Below, one piece after another: positions 51,884 to 64,000 of a stretch of DNA of 64,000 nt. This stretch comes from Proteromonas lacertae (taxonomy: Eukaryota): assembly GCA_002245135.1 (NCBI GenBank), contig NGBS01000316.1, positions 1 to 64,000 on the forward strand, read 5' to 3'. Position 1 is the first letter of the stretch. Every line of letters starts with the position of its first letter. The notes beneath the pieces are model-generated. The model was not told the DNA's origin. It did no database searches and worked only from the letters and a program-made list of their open reading frames with translations. Position numbers and translations under genes: made by a program.

Positions 51884-53051
51884 ATGAATAGTTTGTTATC
51901 TTTGCCAATAGACTCAGAAAATATGTATGATTTTCTATTAATATTGAAAATTAGAAATAATAACGATGTTTTTATACCAGATCTTCCTAGTAAAAGGCCA
52001 GCTAGATCTCTACAGTATATATTTAAAATGTAATATTTATTATAGCAATAATGATAATGAAAATGATTATTCTATACTAACGAAAGCAAGTATTTCAGTT
52101 TTTCTTACTCTATTCTAGCTACAAGGGGAAGCAGTTGTTCTGTAACAACATTAAATGAAATGTATAATATAAAAGAAGAAGAGAATTCTTACAGTGGAAC
52201 TGGAAGAGTTTTGAAGAAATCAAGGTCTCAGCCATTATTAGCTCCATTAGTCAATAGTCCAAGACCAGAACCAACTATTTCAGCAGAAGATAAAAAGAAA
52301 CAAAAGTATAATAGTGTTTAATTTATAATTATTAAATAGATTGGTAAGGAATAGGGCTGCAGCTAGACTCAGAAGAATAAAACAGAAGACATTAACAGAG
52401 AGTTTGGAGAGGGAAATAAAAAAGATAGAAGAAACAATACAGATATTGAATTTAGCAGTATTTTTATTAATTTAGATATATAATGTATTTAGAATATAAA
52501 AGAAACAGATTTAGCATTTTCACTAAAAGAGATAAATACAATGAATTATCCAAATATAGCTACTCATTCATTAAGAACTGAAGAAATCAAATTTAATTTA
52601 AAAGAATTGAACAATGAAATAATATCGTTAAAATCGAATATAAATGATATGGTTTTATTGCCTATATCACAAACTCAAACGGAATATCTCACCAATCCTT
52701 TATTTTTAGATTTGTGTAATGTATTGAAATTAACACCACAACAAGTGAATGAATTACAAGTATATTTATTATTATTAACATAATATATGTATATAGAGTA
52801 TATTACCTTTATGTATGTCATATCAAAGAGATTTTTCACATTTGAAGAGTATAGTGGATAATATAAACACTTCATTAGCTGATAGTGAGATACTATCGTT
52901 AATTGAAGATCTGAATGAATCATTTAGAAGCACTCTAAGTGATGATCAAGTTACAAAGTATTTTAATTTCCTTAATCGTAATGAGAGTATGATTAGATCT
53001 TTATTGATCAATCCACCAATCTCTATTCGTCCTAATTTTGTTTTTACATAA
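51884..53051 (+). CDS. bZIP transcription factor, multi-exon
   Basis: Spliced basic region EDKKKQRLVRNRAAARLRRIKQK followed by heptad leucines LTESLEREIKKIEE. Confidence 0.8.
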
Positions 53052-53132
53052 CTAATTATTTAATTTTCTTGAATGTTAGTTGGTATTTTGTAATAATAAC
53101 AGTAAAAAATCAATAATAATATAACACATAAA

Positions 53133-53564
53133 TTAATTTTCATTTTCTTCTTCGCTATCTTCCTCTTCTTCCTCTTCTTCTTCATCATCTGATTCTAGTG
53201 CCTGCTTTTCTCTAATATAATCTATAATTGCTTTTTGTGTTTGTCTTTCAAGCTTCTTTAGTTTACTTTCAATATCCCTCTTTAAATCTGCATCTGGCTT
53301 CAGTGGAACTATATTCAATTTCCTGTGCTATATATAATAATAATAAATCATTAATACTTTTGGAATATCTATAACTGGTTCATCTACTTTCACTTCAGCT
53401 GGTTCTATTTCAAATTTCTTTAAATCACTATCGGCTGGCTTATAATTTCGGAATACAATCTTTCTAATAGAATATTAGAATAATAAATACTTTTTAGGAG
53501 GAGCATTTTGTTGGGGTGATGTGGAATGTAATCTTTTCATTGATTCACTTTCATTGTTAGACAT
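53133..53564 (-). CDS. CCDC12: Cwf18/CCDC12 splicing factor
   Basis: IVFRNYKP and NIVPLKPDADLKRDIESKLKKLERQTQKAI motifs. Confidence 0.9.
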
Positions 53565-53706
53565 TATTTGCAATAATACTATATTAACTGGATTATAAAG
53601 GACAGATAATGAGATAAATCAAAAATGAATATTATTTTCAAAATAGAATTTTTATTTAAATAGACTTTTTATATACTTTTTATAAAAATATATTTTATCA
53701 GTTAGT

Positions 53707-54515
53707 ATGTCATCTGAAGATGTATTAAGTATAGATATATAATCTTTATTTGTTTTTATTGTTATAGAAAAGGAAAATGAGCAATCAAAATCGTCAAATG
53801 CAATAATCTTGCAGGAAGCGTTGAATAAAGTAGAAAAACCATTAGTATAGTTATGTTTTTATTTAATATTAGGTTTCACATAGTAAGAAATCATCAAAAG
53901 CATTACACATTTTTTCAACTTTACTAAAAACACATTTAAAAGAAACTACATCATCTCAATTCTTTAAAATTATTAAAATTATTATTGATGATAAAGAAAT
54001 ATTGGAAAATGATGATTATTTGAACGAGATTAAGCAAATGTATGAAGAATTTGATAAAAACAAAGAATTATTTAAACCAAATGATCGAGAATATATAGAA
54101 CAGTCAAAATATTTATCTTTATGTTTTGAAAAATTATATACTGACGATTCATTTGAATTTAGTCCAGAAATAAAGAAATATATAACATTACTATCAAATA
54201 TTAAAAGAAGAAAATCCAATTCAGTATTTAAAAGAAAGAACAATTCAAAGAATACTGAATTTCTTTATTAAGAAAATACGAACAATGTGGTTAAGAGATT
54301 GGTTAGATGTTTGTCTAAAGAAGTGTTATGAAAATGAAAAGTATTTGACAAAGTATATTGTATTCTAATAATTATTTAATAGAGAAACAAATGAAATGTG
54401 TTTAGAATTAAATAATGAACTTACCACTTTAAAAACAGCTGATAGAGCAATGAAAAGAGCTGATAATGGAGATAGTAATAAAGATAATAGGAAGAAAGTA
54501 AAAATGATGTTTTGA
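53707..54515 (+). CDS. Hypothetical protein, multi-exon
   Basis: ATG 53707, GTAT...TAG introns and TGA 54513; no family recognised. Confidence 0.55.
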
Positions 54516-54610
54516 TAATTTTATAATTTAGTTAATTCTTTCTGTTTGTTTTATATATTGAAAAATAAAAAATGAAATTGAAAAAAATTGGTTAAACAAT
54601 TGATAATGAT

Positions 54611-55149
54611 CTATTTATATTCTATAAACACTTTTTTAAACACATTCTCATAAAATCGATGATAATAATCATTTGGATTTAATGAAGATATATCATAATG
54701 ATTATAGAAAAGAAATAAATTCTTAAATTGAGATTCAAATGCCTTTTTAACTGTCCATTTTTGAAACACATCAATAATACCATATACATACAATTTACCA
54801 TCAACATCAAGACAAACATTCTTTTTTAAATCTTCAGGAATATCAGCCATTGTCAAGGGATTCTTTGGTATACATAATAACAAACTATAATCCATTATAT
54901 TATGGTTAAACAGGAATTTTATATCTGATAATATTATTTTCTTAATTTCATTATACACTTCTCTTGTTACTATTACAGCACCAGTATAATCATTATCTTT
55001 TAATCCTTCTGTTAATTCAATACCTTTAGGAGATAATTCTTCATTCTTTATTAACAATTCCTGATTTAAAGCATTATCTTCTAAATCTATAAATACACTT
55101 GGTCTTGATTCAGTTCTACCACGATTTACTGCTGATCCCTATTATAAAC

Positions 55150-55180
<31 letters not shown>

Positions 55181-56965
55181 ATTTAAATAAATACTTTTAA
55201 ATCAAATCTAATAAAATCGTCTTTATTTGGTGTAAGATTCTTCATTACTATTAAATATATTTTCACTCTTGACCAAGGTAATATTCCTTTTAATGATAAT
55301 GAATAACATCCATAAAATTCAGGTAAAAGTGTATTTTTATTATTATTATAGATATATTCCAAATAATCAGGTAAAATACCTCTAATTGCATCATATTCTC
55401 CCCGACTTACTGTTTTGATAATATATCTGCCATTGTCAGTTGAAAAGAATATTGCACCACTTCGTCTTGCAGTGACATTGATTAAATTTACATTTACATT
55501 CTAAATAATAATAATAATAATATATGTATATATATACACTTAGTGATTCATAATAAATATCATTCTCATTCAGTCTAGTTCTAACATATTGAAATGCTTC
55601 TATGAAATGTTCAGTTACAACCACAGTATCACTAAAATACATTACATCTGAATTAATAACATGATTTTTATATATATGATGTTGAGGTGGAACAGGACTG
55701 ATTGGTTTAGAATGAATAGAACTGAAATAAGTATTATGACATTTCTATTATATATAGAGTAATATATATAAGCTAAATATACTTGCATGCCTTCTAATAA
55801 TATAGAAATCAATTGCCTTTGTATTTCAGCAATGATGTTTATATCATTAGCAGGTAATTGTGGAAATGTTCCATCATTCTTACTAGAATTATGATCATCA
55901 TCAAAATTAACATAACTCTATAAATACAAATATATAAATAAGCAAATTAAATATACTTTTCTTCTATAATACCATAATGTCACTAGTGGTTTAATTCCAT
56001 AAGTTAAATTAAATAAATAAAAGAAAGGATTATTATATTGATCTAAATTCAATATTTCTGAAAATATTATCAACATTATCACTTCTAATACAGTTATAAA
56101 CCATAAAATTGCACTAACTAAGAAATATCTACCAGTATGAAATGATAAATGATTGTAGATATTTTGCATATTCTATTTATTTATTATTTTGATAAATATA
56201 TGTATGATTATAATCATACACTTGTTTTATTATATTCTTTTATATACTTAAAATATCTTGTTACAGATAATGTGCAATATAGACAGAATGAAAATACAAG
56301 GAAAAATGGAGTTAGTATATAAATCAATCCTCCTCTATATAATTAAGAATAATTATAGAGTATTATACACAGAATGAACAGATTGTGAATTTGGCAAACC
56401 AATCCAACAGTATTTTGTATTTGACTCTCTGATTCCTTCTGTAAATACAATACTAATAATAAAATCGATAAAAAAGAAAAATCCATTAACTCTATTGAAA
56501 ATTATTAATAATAAATAAATATATGTTTAATACTTAAATGCTGAACTTCCAAAACTAGTAAAAGGATTACGAATTGTAATGAAATTAAAAAACATGAATG
56601 TGAAATATCCAGTAACAGAAAACAACAGAGAAAAATGAGATACAAATGCCAAAAATGATCCTAAATGTTAAATTGAATATTATACCAAAACCTCCAGAAC
56701 AACTACTTTCACTTGCTTCGTATATAATTGATACAATTGCAGACAAACCATAAATAAGATCAGCAACACTAAACAAATAGAAAATACATATAATACCATA
56801 TGCTGCTTATAAATTTATTTGTCTGAATATCTAAATTAGCTTTACTCACTCTGTTAATCCCAATACACAGGAAAACCAAAATATAGAAAGATCTAAGTAA
56901 ATTTAGTAATAACTCTGTATTTAATACAACGACAAAGCAAATAATACATAATACACAAGAGACAT
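54611..56965 (-). CDS. GPCR-PIPK fusion (7TM cAMP-receptor-like domain plus phosphatidylinositol phosphate kinase domain)
   Basis: Seven TM exons (VADLIYG, TIRNPF, RYFLV..ILWF, GIKPLV) followed by PIPK motifs YIIKTV, TLLPEFYGC, RFDLKGS, IMDYSLL, GIIDVFQ, ISSLNPNDYYHRF; one homopolymer frameshift near 56588. Confidence 0.9.
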
Positions 56966-57117
56966 AATTCAATAAAAAATTAGAAAGTGTTTCATGCGAA
57001 AATTTTGGAACACCTAAGTGTTTAAAAAATGTCAATTTAACCTTATTTCATTATTCTACATATGTGTTTCAACAAATTAACCTACAATTATACACACTAT
57101 AAAAACAAAACGATAGT

Positions 57118-57587
57118 TTAATGACAACAATCACAATCAAAAGGACATAATGGAGTGTTACCACCTCTCCCAATTCCAAGTTGTGATGCTGAGTATATAG
57201 GCAAGCCAGAGTCACTGTCAAATCTTATTGGTTTTACTAAATAATAAAGATACAAAATAATACCATCATCATCATCATCGTTAGGAAAATTGTTATTATT
57301 TTGCTCATTAATCTTATTTTGCTTTTTTATTTTATTCTTTTTCTCTTCTTTCTCTTTCTTTTCTAAATCTTTATGTTTCTTCTCTTCTTTTGATTTATTA
57401 AATAAATCATTCACAAAATTAAACAATTTATTCTTTTCCTCTTTATTTAGTTTCTTTTCTAAACATGATACTTTATAATTGACTTACTCTGTTTTACATC
57501 AGCATAATTGCTTTTATTATGTTTTGATTTTATCTTTTCTCTGCTTTCATTTACTTCATTCTTCTCAGGCTTTGATTTTTTGCCCAT
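57118..57587 (-). CDS. DUF1764-family small basic protein
   Basis: C-terminal GLPIYSASQLGIGRGGNTPLCPFDCDCCH. Confidence 0.85.
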
Positions 57588-57698
57588 TTAAATTATTAAG
57601 CTTGATTTTGGCTTGATAAAAGTAAAGTAAATACAATGAATGATCATTTTTACAAACAGATAAACATAAAACAAAATAAGTACATACACATAATTACT

Positions 57699-58771
57699 TT
57701 ACAAAAATAGTAAACCATAAATTATATAAAATGTAGATAAAACAACTACTGCAATTGTCACGATTGTTACAACATCAGCATACTCTGACTCACCATTTGG
57801 AACTGACAGAAACTCTATCTTTTGATTATTTTCATTGTTGTTATATAATCTCCTTGATTGTCTTATACTTTTCTCTAACTGAGAATAATCACTTGGGAAT
57901 TCATCAACTTCATATACAGGAGGATATGTAAATGTATAAGTACTGTATTTACTACCATATTTAGCTTGAGAATATCTTAAATGAATTGGAATGGTTATAA
58001 CTTCTTCTTCCTTTTTGATTTCCACAAAATAATAAACCAAATGCTGAGTAGAATAGGTTATAGGTAATTCAACATCTATATATCTACTAGGTGTATATAT
58101 TTTACAGTTTTTATTGAAAATACAAAGATTCTTTACTTCATCTATATCAATATATAATCCTTCAGGAAGTATTATAGGAATTAAATAAAGTGTTATTTTA
58201 TTTATTTTAGATGTGATGTTTAAATTGTATTGTAAATGAAAACCTTCACCACTAATATAGTTAGTATAGGATATACTTTTACTATCAACTATATTAATCT
58301 GAGATTTGTTGTATTCTTGTTTATAAACTCCATCTGAATTTGCTTTATATAAAACTACATCTGATATTGGTGGAATAACAAATGATGATGTATTAATTGG
58401 TAAATGATATATACAAAATGAAGAATTTGTGTCAATTGATCTATAATAAGCAGGTTTCATTTCCATTTTATTAATTTGTATTAGATCTAGAAATGGTTTC
58501 ATTTCATCATTCATGTTTGAACAATTAGAACGATAATTATAGTAAATGACAAAACTTAATCCTAAAGAATGGTGTAATATTGGTAATTTGAACATTGATA
58601 TACCTACTTTATCATAAATTACAAACAGTTCCATCTAAATATAAATGAATTAATAAAACATACTGATTTGCTTAAATATAAAGAATCATGAATTTTAATT
58701 TCAGTTTCGTTAATAACACTAGCGTCACTAGTAAATACTATTGATAAAAAAATGAATAAAAAGAAGAACAT
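57699..58771 (-). CDS. PIGX: PIG-X/PBN1, GPI mannosyltransferase I stabilising subunit
   Basis: Signal peptide; LPEGLYID.DE, IDVELP, IPIHLRY, VPNG plus C-terminal TM helix. Confidence 0.85.
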
Positions 58772-60472
58772 TTTTCAAACCTAAAAATAAGTTTGACTTT
58801 TTTTCATATTTCTCGCTAATTAGAGTATGAAAGTATTGATCACTGTAAAGGTATATATTTTATTAGCTGAACCAGTTACTGGACGTCTATTTAATCCTTT
58901 CAATCAATATATATTATATATTTTTTATTTATAGTTATTCACCACTACCACCATCTTCATCTGATACCTTAACCTACGAAGAAAAAAAACTTCGTAATGA
59001 AAGTTTAGTAGGTAAAAGGATCAGAGATGGTAGAAAAAGCCAAGGCAGAAAGAGAATAATTTAATTTAAAAGTAGCTAGTGACATGGAACTAGCTGTAGA
59101 TATGTAGAGACATTACAAAATTAACATGTTTGGGCTAGTCCTATTTAATTTTTGTTAATGTTTCGTTTATTTGTGGTGATTCTAAACTATTATCTCAAAA
59201 TTAAAAATGTAATTTACATATAAAATAGTCCAAAAAAGTCAAAAAGTCATAATCAAGCTCAAATTTTATCATTACATAATTCATTTTCTTTAACTATCAA
59301 TAGTAAAGAGAGGGAGTTCATAAAAGCCTTTTGATTAAGAGAGAGCTAATTACCTCATCTTGTACTGTATAGAAGTTATTTGAGAATTTTGGATGAAAGT
59401 CTGATGTAGTTAAGAACAATGATCTTCTATTGCTTAAAACATTACTACTATCTTTAGGTTGCATTATGTATTATTAGATTGTAAGAAAAGTAAATGATAA
59501 AAATTTAGTAATAAATAGAATAGTTGTAGAGAAAGAATCATTGAGTATATACAAATATAGATATATAAACAAAAAAAGGATAAAAGTAAAAAAAAATCAA
59601 CTGTATATATTCATTCATCTCTATAAATGTAATGAACAATATTATTTTTTCATAACTAATTTCAATAAATATATGAAACTGTAATATTTATTATATAACA
59701 CTTTTTTGAGAAATACTTATTGAGGATGACAATATATAATGCAAATTGAGGACATTTGGTATATTCCTTGGACTTTATGATTATAATCTATGATTAGGAG
59801 GTTAGATGATATGCTCTGACGATTTGCTGTATTAACGACTTATTTGGAAGGTAATATTATGACTTGAATAGCTATTGAATCAAAAATCACTTCTCAGAAG
59901 AATTAGTTTGTCATGACAATGATAGAATCCACTAATATAATCAGTCTCATGTCTTCTTGTTGTATAGTGGATGTATATTAGTATATTATATATTTGATGG
60001 AATAGTTAATGGGTGAGGAAGTAATAAAAATAACCAATTGTGTTGATAATGGTTTGTTAATGTTTAATAAAGTCGAATATATGAGTAGTAGTTTTGATTA
60101 ACCAAACTTCATTATTGTCAACACACATGAGAAAAATATTGGTATTTATATTGGGTAATTTATATATATTTAGTTCTTTAATTATCTAATTATTACAATC
60201 CTGATATATTTATGTAATAAATACATTGTTTCTTAATCTTTTTAAAATTTTAGATGTAGATGGAATGAAATATGAAAGTAGAAATATAAATTTGAATAGC
60301 ACAATGTATATTTCATATGAATCAATGACATACATTTAATAGTATGTCATGATATATTAGAAAAAAATATACATGATAGATTAAACTTCAATCTTTCAAT
60401 GATTTTGTTCTTTCCTATCTATTTCATTATTATACAAACTAATTATCATCAATAAAATATTATAAAATATAT

Positions 60473-63400
60473 TTAGATGATTCTATCTTCATTAATTAAA
60501 GAAGAGGTAGATCTAGCTCTCTTTCTAAACATTCCTGATTTTAATAAGTAGAATATCACCGTCAATATTACCATTATTCCAACAAATACACAACTAATTG
60601 CAATTCCAATCACTGCACCACTGTTTATCTTACAATCACTATCATCTATTTCACTCCATATTCCTTTATTCTCATTATTCAATTTACACTTTCTTGTTTT
60701 CATTCCACCTTTCAATCCTCCACATTTTATTGAGATTTCTCTTCCTCTTTTATCAGCTGATGATTTAGGAAAGCCAGAATCTGATTCACAATAGATTACT
60801 TTTAATTCTATCTCTATATCTACAAATTCTATATTGGATGATGGAGGATTTTTTATTACAAATGTATAATTTCTTTTATCTACATATACTGAAGGTAATC
60901 CATATATCTCACCTGTTTTGGAATCTAATATAATTCCTTTTGGTAAATCTGGACTTACTGTTATTTCTATATTTGTTCCTGATGCTATAAACAAATAAGA
61001 TGATGTTATTATATCTCCAAATGTATATTTCATGCTTGACATTTTTGTAGATGGAATTATTATTGGATAATTTGGCATTGAGCAAAATAACATAAATGAA
61101 AATGACACTTGTTTTCCATTACCACTAATTGTTACTGTTAAATTCATTGGTTCAAATTCTTCAGTAATATAACCACTTATTATTCCACTTGAACTATTCA
61201 GTTTCAATGTTGTTGAAGAAGGTAAATTAGGATATATTCTATATAACAAATTATTGCCTGTTATTATTCCTAATGTGATATTATCATATTCTTTACCTCC
61301 TTCTATTGCCAAATTATCAATATGTGTAAATATTATGGGTTGTATTGAATGTTGATAATGAAATGTAATTGGTTTTGATAAATTATCACCATTATAACAC
61401 ATAAAAATATAATCAATATCACCTGGTTGTTGCAGATTCATTATTCCACTTATTATACCAGTGTATTCATTTATTTTTAATCCGGTAGGTAATTTTGGAT
61501 CAGTTGAATATTCAATTGATCTTCCACTACACTCATATGGTTTCAAAGAAGTATAATTCTCTCCAAATGTTAAATTTACTTCTTTTTCATATTTTATTAT
61601 CTTGAGATGCATTGGCTTTACAAATGCTATTTCAAGCGGAAATTTTATTTCATATTTATTTCTGGCTGTAAATAAACAAAACATTCTAATTTCTCTTAAA
61701 CATATTCCACTTATTAAACCAGTTGTTTTATTCATTTCTATCCCATTTGGTAATCCATCAACTTCATAAGTAATATTTCTTCCAGATACGTTGAATATAC
61801 AGTAATCATTATAATAAGTACCTACTTCCAATTCTATTATAGTTTTATAAGATAATATTTTTGGTTTTTCTGGTGGCAATATAGTAATATTTATGTAGAA
61901 TGAAATATTAGGAGCAAAAAAATTGCGATAGACTGAAATTTCAATTTCTTGTTTTTCTAATTCTTTTTGTGGTTGACCAGATATTAATCCAGTATTTTCA
62001 TCCAATGTCAATCCTTCAATTTTTGGATGTATATCATAGGTAGTATCCTTACCTGATACTGTAAATAAACTGACATTATAATAATAATTACCAGCTATGA
62101 AGGTATATTCACTTTCTTTATATATTAAGGTAGGTAGTTCTTTATTACTACAAGTTGAGACAATTTCTATCCATTTTCTATCATTTCCACAGTAAAATGT
62201 TCTTTCTCCGCCTAAAGTATCATTATTACATGGAATTGATATTTCAGTTCCACTTAAAGTCTTAGGAAGTTTCTTATCAATCGATGCTTCACAATACCTT
62301 ATAGGACATAAATGAAAATTAATATCACGTAATATCAGAAGCTTATCTGAACCAGTAACATATTTATAACTAATCCGAAATGAGGAATATAAAGTTGATA
62401 AATTATAGTTTGTAAATATTTTTCTATTGTTGTATGGATATAATATATTATCGAATTTTGCTATAGAAACATGAAAATTATTAATATCAAATCCATCAAA
62501 ATCAATATCTTGAAGAGCACTTTTACCTTTTACTACTGCCTGAATACTGAATTGATTAAAATAAGAATAAAAATGATCTTTAAATCTGATTTCTATCCAT
62601 CCATTTATATCACTCTTCCATATTGAATTTGGATTCTCATCAAAACCATATTTTATTTTTGATTGTAATGAATAATCATGAGTATCAGTTTCATTAACAG
62701 TATTTGTATATTTGTTTAATATTAAACAATCGCTTTCACTTCCAATGATTCTTAATAAATAGGTATTTATTTGAGGGAAATTAGTTTGATTCTCAAATTT
62801 ATGTAATTCGATTGTGATTATTACTTTTTCTTCTTCTAAAAATGACAATGGTAATATAAACACTTCATCTGTCATATTATCATTTCTTCCCGTTGCCATT
62901 GTATCTGGAGTTATCTCACCAGGTGGTAAATTATTTCGAAATATCTCTTCTCCATTTATCTTCATCAATATTCCACTTATATATCTTACTTTAAATGTAA
63001 ATGCATTATATTTCTCTAAATCACTAAATGAATCAATCTTTCGGATATAAACTACATTTCCACTTATTTTTCCTTTTAATTCACTCAATGATGATTCTTT
63101 CCATACACCACTTGCTTTATCAATATCATCCCAACCATCTTCATATTTACTTGAATATTCCCATTCTGTATTAAAATTATAATCAGAAATTGCATTGAAA
63201 TCGTCACTCCCTTCATTTTCATGTAGTATCAGAGATCTTCTAGTTACAGGAATATTATTAACCAATACATCAATATAAGCACTTTTATATCCGTAATAAT
63301 GATTATAATAATAATAAAAGGAAGTATAAACATCTTCATCAAGACAATAACTATATTCATATGTAGTATCTTTAGTCTTTTTTTCTTCATCCCAATCTAA

Positions 63401-64000
63401 AGTAATTATGGGATGTATGTCATCTTCACTTTCAACATTCTTCTTATATAATCTGTAATTGGATTTGAATGGATAACAAGTATTTTCATCAATATAGAGT
63501 TTTATTGTAATAACTGATTTTTGCTGTTTGAAACAATAATCAAAAATATTATCTTCATATATTATCAGATTCAAATTACTTGTTGTTATTCCACTTACTC
63601 CAATTGCTTTTATGATATATTCTGTTTCTGGCAATGATTCATTTACTTTTCCACTTATTATACATGCTGAACTATTAAAATTAAGAAATGATGGTAATTT
63701 AGGTGATATTTCACATCTTTCTAAGAATCTTGTAGATTCTGGTATAATAGAAAAATTATCATTTAAGTAATATTCATATATTTTTTTACTATATTCTAAG
63801 ATTGGCAACTTAATATCAGTGGTAAAATCTATCATTTTATAATAACCATTTTCATTTGTTACATTTTCGATTAACACTCCATTAGAATACAGTGAAAATG
63901 TATTTAATATTTTGTAATTACTGCTTTCATATGTGTATAACTTATAATCACCATCAATTAAACATACTGTTTGAGAATAAACAGGAAAAAAATCTGTATA
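60473..64000 (-). CDS. Type I membrane surface protein with He_PIG (putative Ig) repeats, Cys-rich modules and jelly-roll domains; 5'-partial
   Basis: Repeated P.LP.GL.+...TG.ISG motifs, C...C......R.C...W...C modules, TM AVIGIAISCVFVGIMVILTVIFYLL; frame stays open to the window end; intronless. Confidence 0.85.
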   Translation of the reverse strand, partial: YTDFFPVYSQTVCLIDGDYKLYTYESSNYKILNTFSLYSNGVLIENVTNENGYYKMIDFTTDIKLPILEYSKKIYEYYLNDNFSIIPESTRFLERCEISPKLPSFLNFNSSACIISGKVNESLPETEYIIKAIGVSGITTSNLNLIIYEDNIFDYCFKQQKSVITIKLYIDENTCYPFKSNYRLYKKNVESEDDIHPIITLDWDEEKKTKDTTYEYSYCLDEDVYTSFYYYYNHYYGYKSAYIDVLVNNIPVTRRSLILHENEGSDDFNAISDYNFNTEWEYSSKYEDGWDDIDKASGVWKESSLSELKGKISGNVVYIRKIDSFSDLEKYNAFTFKVRYISGILMKINGEEIFRNNLPPGEITPDTMATGRNDNMTDEVFILPLSFLEEEKVIITIELHKFENQTNFPQINTYLLRIIGSESDCLILNKYTNTVNETDTHDYSLQSKIKYGFDENPNSIWKSDINGWIEIRFKDHFYSYFNQFSIQAVVKGKSALQDIDFDGFDINNFHVSIAKFDNILYPYNNRKIFTNYNLSTLYSSFRISYKYVTGSDKLLILRDINFHLCPIRYCEASIDKKLPKTLSGTEISIPCNNDTLGGERTFYCGNDRKWIEIVSTCSNKELPTLIYKESEYTFIAGNYYYNVSLFTVSGKDTTYDIHPKIEGLTLDENTGLISGQPQKELEKQEIEISVYRNFFAPNISFYINITILPPEKPKILSYKTIIELEVGTYYNDYCIFNVSGRNITYEVDGLPNGIEMNKTTGLISGICLREIRMFCLFTARNKYEIKFPLEIAFVKPMHLKIIKYEKEVNLTFGENYTSLKPYECSGRSIEYSTDPKLPTGLKINEYTGIISGIMNLQQPGDIDYIFMCYNGDNLSKPITFHYQHSIQPIIFTHIDNLAIEGGKEYDNITLGIITGNNLLYRIYPNLPSSTTLKLNSSSGIISGYITEEFEPMNLTVTISGNGKQVSFSFMLFCSMPNYPIIIPSTKMSSMKYTFGDIITSSYLFIASGTNIEITVSPDLPKGIILDSKTGEIYGLPSVYVDKRNYTFVIKNPPSSNIEFVDIEIELKVIYCESDSGFPKSSADKRGREISIKCGGLKGGMKTRKCKLNNENKGIWSEIDDSDCKINSGAVIGIAISCVFVGIMVILTVIFYLLKSGMFRKRARSTSSLINEDRII

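Noticed and set aside
54515..54560. TGTTTGTT motif downstream of a gene (Blastocystis-type polyadenylation-created stop codons)
   Set aside because: GT-rich 3' elements exist, but every gene end I could trace has a genome-encoded stop codon.
56583..56593. Premature stop in GPCR-PIPK as a pseudogene, recoding event or alternative genetic code
   Set aside because: One extra base in a homopolymer explains it and the rest of the gene is intact; probably an assembly indel. TAA, TAG and TGA all serve as normal stops elsewhere.
58820..59110. Possible small spliced gene (AEPVTGRLFNPFNQ...YEEKKLRNES)
   Set aside because: No consistent start codon and the second donor is missing, so no gene model can be supported.
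59300..60200. Coding-like composition in a long intergenic stretch
   Set aside because: No sustained reading frame, recognisable motif or terminal repeats found by eye.

Overview
Very AT-rich eukaryotic DNA with compact genes, ~27-55 nt spliceosomal introns and 60-150 bp intergenic spacers. Gene content (CFAP65, PPP1R42, GPCR-PIPK, He_PIG-repeat surface protein) suggests a flagellated stramenopile of the Blastocystis/Proteromonas group; this is inference. Bases 1-9750 are a mobile-element nest: (i) two frameshifted intronless ORFs resembling Polinton-like-virus/virophage structural genes; (ii) TGTTG...CAACA TIR elements, one a 605-bp foldback with a 5-bp TSD; (iii) a 6.4-kb non-autonomous Mutator-like element (3276-9657, 9-bp TSD TTTTATACA, ~925-bp inverted arms) carrying pieces of at least four host genes (CaMKK-like kinase, HSP70, a biotinyl domain, intron-containing MCM5), i.e. 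a protist Pack-MULE, with a second MULE (5264-7805, 9-bp TSD TTATGAAAG) nested inside. Bases 9960-64000 are gene-dense: VPS54, PPAN, a CC1-box coiled-coil protein, a probable pseudo-kinesin, CFAP65, PPP1R42, an intronless vWA protein, a ~3,900-aa class C-like GPCR with about nine tandem UrtA/AmiC-like ligand-binding domains, SPRY/NPCBM and L-lectin proteins, PSMD9, a bZIP factor, CCDC12, GPCR-PIPK, DUF1764, PIG-X and a partial surface protein. An AT-AG U12-type intron and a GC-AG intron are predicted. Some homopolymer frameshifts suggest residual assembly indels. All family calls come from motif recognition by eye; no searches were run.
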